This document shows, piece by piece, positions 56,905 through 64,000 of a stretch of 64,000 nt of DNA (position 1 is the stretch's first letter; every line of letters starts with the position of its first letter). The position numbers and the translations under genes were made by a program. This DNA is from an uncultured Planctomycetaceae bacterium (lineage in GTDB: Bacteria > Planctomycetota > Planctomycetia > Planctomycetales > Planctomycetaceae): contig CAWFGE010000005.1 in the NCBI GenBank assembly GCA_963815195.1, positions 19,774 through 83,773 on the forward strand, written 5' to 3'. The notes under the pieces were generated by a model, which had not been told where the DNA came from, ran no database searches, and was given only the letters and a program-made list of their open reading frames with translations.

Positions 56905-59077
56905 TTAGTCCCGGTAAATCGGTTGATGCCGGTAGGGCATTTCCAGGATGAGTAGGCACAGGGCCGTGATGTAGAGCCGGCCCGCTTGCTCCGCGTATTC
57001 GTAGGGAGCGCCTTTCGGATTGTTGGGCGACCAACTGCCGCGGTATTCGCCGCCGGCCCCCTGCTGCTTGGCGATGATTTCGTCTTTCACGGCGTTGTAC
57101 CAATCGGTCCATTCCTCGTCGTTGATGTTGTGGAGCACGTGGCCGACGTAGTACCACTCATACACGTTTCGCCGGCCTTCCGACCATTGGGGCTTGAACT
57201 TTTCATCCAGCAGAAACTCCACGCCCTCCCGCAGCTGCGGCTGCGTTCGCGGCCAGCCCAAAAACTGCCGGCACAAGAGGCCCTCGGCCGTCATCGACCG
57301 GCTGACGTCCCAACCCGGCCGAGGCTCGTATTTGTAGAGGGCCCCGTTTTTCTCCTGCACCGAGTTCAAGAACTTGGACGCCCGCTGGAACGGCTCTTCG
57401 GGAACTTCGATCCCGGCCGCGCGGGCGGAGTGCAACGCCATGAGCGCCCAACCGGTCACCGACAGATCGCCCACCGACCGGGCATCCTGCGGCTGATACT
57501 TCCAGCCGCCTTCGTTGGGCTGCTGCGAGTTTAAGAGAAACTCCACGCCGCGGGCCGCCGGTTCGTAAAGCGAGCGGTCTTTGGTCATCGCGTAGGCTTC
57601 GCACATCACGATCGTGGCTTGCGAATGGGCATAGTAGGCGGTCTGCCGGCCGAGTTCCGTGTGGTCGTGAAAGTCGCCGTTGGTTTTCTGGATGCCCTTG
57701 AGCCAATCCAAGCCTTTTTGCACGATCTCCTGCGTGTTTTTGTCCTTGGCGTTTTGGTGCGTTTGCCCGTTGCCCAGGAACGCCAAGAGAGCCAAAGCCG
57801 TGGCCCCGGTGTCGGTGCGGAGCACGCGCTCGCCCGCATCGGGATAGCCTTCGTGCAACCGCCAGTTGCCGGCCGACTGCTGCTGGCGCCCGAACCAGGA
57901 CAGCCCCTGCGAAATCGCCGACTCGATCCGCGGGCCGTTATCCACTTCCGCCAGAATCCGCCGGCGGGCCTCTTCGGTCCGGCCTTCAAAAAGTCCGCCG
58001 ACTTCCACGGGCTTGACGGGCACGGCCTCTTCGGGGCGGGGGCCGAGCGGTTGGAGCGGTTTTTTCTCCGGCTCCGGTTTGGGGGCGGGCTGATGAAGCT
58101 CGACGGCCTGGAGCGTGAGGTTCCGCTTCTCCGGAGTGACCACCGCCGTCTGTTCTTGGGGCGAAATCCAACTGAACTCCAGCCCAACCTCGTCCGCGCG
58201 GGGAAACTGCATTCGCACGAACCAGAACCCCAACAATAGCAAGGCATGCACGACCAAACTCATCGCCAAGCCCGGCACGCTCCGCCGGGCTTCTTCTTCG
58301 ATCTTTTCCCCGAACGAGTCCTCGATGCGTTCCAGGTCGTCGGGATCGAGCGACAACTCCACGCGCGCTGAGGAATCGGCCGCGGTTTCCTCCTCCGTCG
58401 CGGCGAGTGCCTTTCGGAAATCGCGGTTGGAAACCGGAGCGGCGGAAAACCGGCCGGGGTTTAAGCGGGCGAGGTCGGTGGCGGCCGTGTCCTGGCCCAA
58501 GCCCCGGGAGACCATCGTCCAGCCCAGGATGATCAACGCCCCCGGAATCAGCCCCGCCCCAAAGCTCACCCAGGAAAAAAACGTGGACCCGAACCGCACG
58601 GGCGATTCGCCGAGGAGCATGACCCACACGACCGCCATCACCGCGACGTAAATCGCGGAGACATCTCGTCCCAAACACGCGGCCGGGTAGCCCATCGCCG
58701 CGGACAATAAAAACAGAACCAGGACGAGCCCGCCCGAAACCGGCCCGAGTCTCAACAGGCACGCCCCCGCCACCACCAACGCGACCACGACCAACAGCAG
58801 CACGCCCAAGGCAAACTGGCTTCCGCGGGACGAGACCACCCCGGTGAGGGCTTCCCCGGCGATCGAGGGCGGCGCGGCCGGTTCCTCCTCGGGATCCGTT
58901 TCTTCGCCGGAGACATTCAGTCCGGAGACCTCGGCGGCCGATTTCCAGCCGCTTTTTGTCGGAACTGATTTCGTGGCGGGACGTAAGCTTTCCCTCGTCC
59001 GCCAGTTGGCGGATTTGCGCCGCGGAAAACGGCCCGCGGACTTCCGGACCTTTTCGGACCCAAATCTGCTTCGACAT
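56905..59077 (-). CDS. Membrane protein: N-terminal GYF_2-like domain, TM region, C-terminal prenyltransferase/squalene-cyclase repeat domain (frameshift near 58955)
   Basis: MSKQIWVRKGPEVRGPFSAAQIRQLADEGKL..EISSDK-W; TGATALALLAFLG, QxxxGGWKY repeats, DLSVTGW, GRLYITAL. Confidence 0.8.
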
Positions 59078-59393
59078 GAACCGCCGGTTCGCGAGGAAAG
59101 ACTCAAAAAGAACAACGCGTCCCTCCAGCATAGCACGTTCCCCCGCCAATTGGCACAACGCGAGCGGACCGCGCAGCGCTAGCGCGCAAACAAACTTCCG
59201 CCGTCCGGAACCGGCGGCAAAGTTCGCCGAGTTTGCGCGGTTTAACTTTCGGCCCGCCCAGTTCCTGTGCGGATTGGGGAAGATTTGAGTTTTATTGTAG
59301 TTCTCGCAATTCGTGCGACGATACCGAAGTTACCGTGCGAGAGGATTGTGCGGCCATATCGTTTCAGGGATGAAACACTTGGGGGGACCACGG

Positions 59394-61005
59394 ATGGTTC
59401 GTTTACGACGTGAACCGGCGGGCAAGGACGGCAACCGTTCCCGGCGGTACGGACTGTGGATTGTTGCTTTCCTGGCCATGAGCCGATGGGGGCTCGGCCA
59501 GGTGGCACCGCCCAGCGCGGGGACGTTTGCCCCTCCGACCTTCGCGTCGCCCAACAGCGTGTTTAGCGGACCGCCCCCCGCCGGGCTCTCCGGACCAGGC
59601 CCGGACGCCGGAATGCTTCCGATCAACGGCAGCCAGGAACAAGGGGCTTTGCAAAACCTGTCCTTCAACCAGACGGTCGGGAACCTCGGAACAGTCAACG
59701 TTTACGGCTCGCCCAACGCCGGCAGCTACGGAGGCGGCGGCAGCTTCAGCTTGAACCCATCTCCGCCCGGCTCGTCCTTCATGTACTTCCGCAGTTTGCA
59801 GTCGGCCGTTTACGTGAACCCCCAGCAAACAGTCGTCAATGCCGGCTCGACCTTCACCTTATTTTCCAACGACCACGTCGGCATCGGCGGCCGGGCGCTC
59901 TTGGGGGCGACGATCGACGACAATTTGCACGACAACTTCCACTTCGCGGGCGACGCCTTTGCGGGCGTGAGACTGCCCGGCGAAATCTGGCTCAAAGGCG
60001 GTTTGCTCTACGACCGGCAGAACGATTTCTACAAAATCGGCCCCACGTTCGGAGCCGTGTTCCTAGCTGATGCCCCGCATCCCATCACGCTGGACTTTGC
60101 CTACGGGATCGGGCGCGGATCGCCTCGGCTTAACCTGCTCAAAAACGGACAAATCGCCGTCGCCGACGACGACGTGCAACTTCGCATCGGTTCGTACCTT
60201 TCGCCGATGATGCAGCTTGGCTTGTCGGGCAACTGGGCGCGGTGGGACGATCCGCGATTCACGGACGACTCCGGGATCGGGGGGTTCACGCGGATCAACG
60301 TCGCCGACTTGCAAATCACCGTGGATGTCACCAGCGGCAACCTGGGAACACGCGGGTTCGTCAACTTGGCGTATGTCTTCGGCGGGCCGCAGCGGCGCTG
60401 CCGGCAGCGTCCAGAGGGCCGAGTCTTCGTCGACTGCCCCGAAGACTGGTTGACGCGGCCGGTGATTCGCGATGTCTCGTTGCGGGTCCAGCAAGTCGTT
60501 GGTGTGCCCGGTGCGAATGCGGCGACGCCTCCCGGCGGCGGAGCGACGCCCTCGCCGAATCCGCTTCCGAGCCAGCCCCTCGTGGGGAACGTCACCCAGA
60601 TTCTGTGCCGCTTGCAGGTTGACCCCGCCCAGGATCAGATCAATCCCGGCGTGATTGATCCCGGCGACGGCTTTAACCTGATTGTCCAATTCGGAAATGG
60701 AACGTCGCAAACCGTGGCGAACGTCTCGACGACGAACCTCACGTCGACCGCCGCGTTTGTTGTGTTCAATAGCCCGACCAATGAAGTCATCACGTCCGGC
60801 AGCCTGCCGCCCGGCACCATCGTCTCCAATGTCATTGCCAGCAGCAACATGGGGATCGATCCCACCGCGCCGGACAAATTCGCAGTTTTTCCTCGACTTT
60901 GATGTGACGGCGGACGGGCAAACCCGGCGGTTCCGCTGCGGCGCGATCACGCTGGGCGTCTCCGGCAACGCCACCCCGGCCTCGCCGGCAATTCCTTTGA
61001 ATTAG
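59394..61005 (+). CDS. Secreted outer-membrane beta-barrel protein, inverse-autotransporter-like, paralogue 1 (frameshift near 60880)
   Basis: Signal peptide, Pro-rich segment, amphipathic beta strands ending RGFVNLAYVFGG..DWLTRPVIRDVSL, Pro linker, Ig-like C-terminal domain. Confidence 0.65.
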
Positions 61006-61098
61006 TTTTCGTGATTGGCGAACCACGTAAGGTTCGAATGCGGAATGACGGTCCCATCTCGGATCATTAACAGAGCATCACCCAAACGAGAATGGCTC

Positions 61099-61256
61099 AG
61101 CCGCGAAGCGGCGACCGCAATCGATTTCTGGGGAAATGGAATCAGGTTCAATGCGACTCTTGAAGCACGGCGGCCGCCGCTTCGCGGCTCGTGATATTTT
61201 GGTGGACTTGGACCAGCAGGCTGACGCCCGCAGCGATCTGCCGCCGCTTCGCGGCT
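61099..61256. repeat. REP cluster (family D, AGCCGCGAAGCGGCG): one forward and two inverted arms
   Basis: AGCCGCGAAGCGGCG at 61099; CGCCGCTTCGCGGCT at 61175 and 61242. Confidence 0.8.
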
Positions 61257-61443
61257 AAGACGACTCGGGTGACATCGCCCAGAAGAGATGACAAAACAAA
61301 CATTGCAAACTTTCAGCCAGGATCAGCGCAGCGGGAGTTTCCACCCGACTTTGCGTGAAGCTGTAGGGATTCTTTCGACGATAACCAATCTGCCGCGCGA
61401 ATGGATTGTGCGGTCTCTGATGAGAACTTTGGGGGATTCACGG

Positions 61444-63102
61444 ATGGACTTTAGGCGACAATCCTCGCTTCGGACCGAGGGGATGCTCCTCCGAGTTTGG
61501 GGGATGTGCTGGGTGACTTGTCTCGCCGCCGTTCAAGCGGCCCTGGGGCAAAGTTATGCACCGCAAACCTTCGCCCCCATGACCGGCGGCTCCTCCGCAC
61601 CGGTCTACGGCGAGCCGGACACCAGCACGCTGTATTCCCCCGCCGGACCGCAATCGGCTTTCGGGTCCCCGCAATCGGCATTCGGCCCGCCGGCCAACGC
61701 CTATTATCCCGGGGCACCGGGGGCGATGGATCCCAACATGTCCATGTCCCAAGCCAACGGCATGGCCCAGCCCGGCGAACTCTCGTCGCTCAACTACTCC
61801 CAAGGCTTGGGAAACATGGGCAATATGCAGTTGACCGGCTCGCCCGCGGGCGGCTCGGGCTTTGGAGCGAACTTCCAAGCCAATCCCGCCACCTGGGGCC
61901 ACGTTAAGAATCTGCAAATGGGCGTTTACACCAACGACCAGCAAACCGTCATCAACGGTGGTAGCACGTTCGAGTTCTACGTCAACAACCGCTTCGGCAT
62001 GGCCGGCCGGATTTTGCTCGGCGGCGCCAACAACCGCCAGGCAAACCTCTCCGACCAGTTCCACTTCACCGGCGATTTGTATGCCGGCACCACGGCCGTC
62101 GGCGAGCATTGGCTCAAAGGCGGGGTGCTCTACGACGTGCAAGACAACTTCAGCAAAGTCGGCCCCGTGTTCGGAGCTTTGCTGTTCGCCGACCACAAGC
62201 ATCCCATCAGCATCGATCTGGCCTACGGCATCGGCTACGGCGACCCGGTCATCAACCGGGTGCAAAGCACGATCCTCCGCGTGGCCGACGACGACACCCA
62301 GTTGCGGGCCGGTGCCTATCTCACGCCCAACCTCCGCGTCGGGTTTTCGGGGAACTGGGTCAACTACGCCGACGGGCGATTCCGAGATTACAACACCTAC
62401 GGGGGCTTCGCGACCTTGAACCTGGGCACGTTGAACCTGAAGGTTGACGTGACCAACGGCGACGGATTCACGCGGGGCTTCGTCAACGTGGCCTATGTCT
62501 TCGGCGGCCGCCGACTCCGGCCGCGGAACAACCTCGGCCAGGTCTGCGTTGTTGAGCATCCGCGCGACTGGCTCACCGCGCCGGTCCTGCGGGATGTCTC
62601 GCTGCAGCTGCAAAAGCAAACCGTCGCGAATCTGCCGCCGTTGCCGACGACGACCACCACGCCGCCGCCGACTCCGGCACCGACCACGATGGTGGGCAAT
62701 GTGACGCAAGTCAACGTCCGCCTCGCCGCGGGCAGCGGAGGCGTGGACGGAACGATCCAAGGCGGGGAAACGTTCTCCCTGTCCGTGCAACTGTTTAACG
62801 GATCGTCCGCCACCGCCAATCTGATCTTCACCGGCAACGTCACGAGCACCTCCAACCTCGGCGTCGTCACCGGCGGCACGAACTTTGTGACGGTCGGCAC
62901 GTTGATCCCCGGCCAGCAAACGGTCGTGAATCTTCCCAGCGGCGGTACGATCAGTGTTCCCGCGACGGCCCAGCCCGGCGATCAGTTCTTCATCGACTTC
63001 GACGTGACCGCCGACGGCCAGGCCCGCCGGTTCCGCTTCCCCATTATTGTGGGCTTCACCAACACGATCACCGGATTCTCGCCGGCCACGCCGATCAACT
63101 GA
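61444..63102 (+). CDS. Secreted outer-membrane beta-barrel protein, inverse-autotransporter-like, paralogue 2
   Basis: Collinear with paralogue 1: WLKGGVLYD, VADDDTQLR, RGFVNVAYVFGG, DWLTAPVLRDVSL, VGNVTQ, FDVTADGQARRFR. Confidence 0.7.
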   Translation: MDFRRQSSLRTEGMLLRVWGMCWVTCLAAVQAALGQSYAPQTFAPMTGGSSAPVYGEPDTSTLYSPAGPQSAFGSPQSAFGPPANAYYPGAPGAMDPNMSMSQANGMAQPGELSSLNYSQGLGNMGNMQLTGSPAGGSGFGANFQANPATWGHVKNLQMGVYTNDQQTVINGGSTFEFYVNNRFGMAGRILLGGANNRQANLSDQFHFTGDLYAGTTAVGEHWLKGGVLYDVQDNFSKVGPVFGALLFADHKHPISIDLAYGIGYGDPVINRVQSTILRVADDDTQLRAGAYLTPNLRVGFSGNWVNYADGRFRDYNTYGGFATLNLGTLNLKVDVTNGDGFTRGFVNVAYVFGGRRLRPRNNLGQVCVVEHPRDWLTAPVLRDVSLQLQKQTVANLPPLPTTTTTPPPTPAPTTMVGNVTQVNVRLAAGSGGVDGTIQGGETFSLSVQLFNGSSATANLIFTGNVTSTSNLGVVTGGTNFVTVGTLIPGQQTVVNLPSGGTISVPATAQPGDQFFIDFDVTADGQARRFRFPIIVGFTNTITGFSPATPIN

Positions 63103-63143
63103 GAACCGCGTAGAAGCGAACTCCTCAAAAACTCGTCACAAAT

Positions 63144-63181
63144 CGGCTTCGCCGGGCGTCTCGCTCGGCGAAGCCGTTTTT
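63144..63181. terminator. Terminator hairpin between convergent genes
   Basis: CGGCTTCGCCGGGCG-TCT-CGCTCGGCGAAGCCG followed by TTTTT. Confidence 0.7.
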
Positions 63182-63935
63182 ATTCCGAGTCGGAGTCGGG
63201 AAGCACGCCGGTTTCGACGGCGGTGCGAAGCTCTTCCGGAAGAGCCGCCCAGGTCGTTTGATAGGTCGGCTCGAGCGGCACCTTGACGTGTAACGCTTCG
63301 GTGAGAAACAAAGGCATCGCCGGCAGCACGTCGCCCACTGCCACCGGTTCGATGTAGGCCACACGCTCCGCCCCGGCATTGTATGACACGATAATCCGGT
63401 CTTTGCCCGCAGGGAACTGGAAATCCTCTTCCTCGATCTCATCCCAGATGACTTTATGGATGCCCTGCGGATCGCGAGGCGTCGGCGGGAACAGATCGAC
63501 AATCAACACATGAATTCCTTCGCGGAGGAATTCGATCGTCTTGTCCACGAAATCCCGGAGGGCCGAGCGGGAGTCCTTATTGCCCGGCGAGACGATTTCG
63601 ATGATCGCCACGATCCGCCCCAGGTGATGCCGAATCACAATCCGATTCGCCCGTCCGGAATAAATCTCCTTGGAACTGCGTCGGATGATTTGTGCCGCGG
63701 GAGCGTCCGCCGTCGCCACGCCGCCCTCGGTCTCAGACGTCGAGCTTCCGCCTCGGCCCCGGCTTTCGATGGCCAAAACGTCCGGTTCCCTGAGTCCAGC
63801 CCGCTGCTCGACCAGGGCCGCCAAACCCTTCGGAAGTTGACCGCGATTCAGGGTCCGGGCAATTTCAATCGACCAGTCTTGATGGAAATGATGAAACAGC
63901 CCCGCCGGAACGCGGGTCCAATCGTGAATCGGCAT
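63180..63935 (-). CDS. DUF4058 family protein (Uma2-like restriction-endonuclease fold)
   Basis: MPIHDWTRVPAGLFHHFHQDW, EPDV, IEIVSPGNK, HVLIVDLFPP, LPAMPLFL, VPLEPTY. Confidence 0.82.
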   Translation of the reverse strand: MPIHDWTRVPAGLFHHFHQDWSIEIARTLNRGQLPKGLAALVEQRAGLREPDVLAIESRGRGGSSTSETEGGVATADAPAAQIIRRSSKEIYSGRANRIVIRHHLGRIVAIIEIVSPGNKDSRSALRDFVDKTIEFLREGIHVLIVDLFPPTPRDPQGIHKVIWDEIEEEDFQFPAGKDRIIVSYNAGAERVAYIEPVAVGDVLPAMPLFLTEALHVKVPLEPTYQTTWAALPEELRTAVETGVLPDSDSE

Positions 63936-64000
63936 GCGATTTCCCCCGGAAACGTGTCTTTCCTCTGACGTTCCATGTTATCAAAACTCGAAACCCTGTG

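Noticed and set aside
59151..59166. Sigma-54 promoter TGGCAC-N5-GAGC
   Set aside because: The -12 element is a poor match and the site is far from the next plus-strand start.

Overview
A GC-rich planctomycete chromosomal window, most likely Planctomycetaceae. The assignment rests on a PVC small basic protein, a LEPR-XLL extracellular signal, a PVC-type haem-binding CxxCH protein and DUF4058. Housekeeping genes are thiL, rpoN, recR-ybaB-dnaX-ffs, aroC, metB, a PPi-dependent PFK, ugd and gyrA. The window also carries an 11-gene minus-strand array of partly non-canonical tRNAs (10598-12174), pectin-related CAZymes, a ~3270-aa RTX adhesin with a Tyr-rich tip, and a stress islet (HPF-CSD, flavodoxin, USP plus a Na,K-ATPase-like P-type pump, MscS) with two 5'-truncated signalling genes. 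Two tandem inverse-autotransporter-like paralogues and at least six families of REP-like palindromes are also present. About a dozen genes carry single-base frameshifts that look like long-read consensus errors. The main candidate new system is upstream of the tRNA array: an ECF-type promoter, a 33-codon leader ORF rich in codons read by the array's own tRNAs, and a terminator whose 5' arm can instead pair with the leader stop-codon sequence. Together these suggest a ribosome-sensing attenuator. A second highlight is an A10 slippage site in dnaX that would give a 434-aa gamma-like subunit. All calls come from reading motifs by eye; no searches were run.
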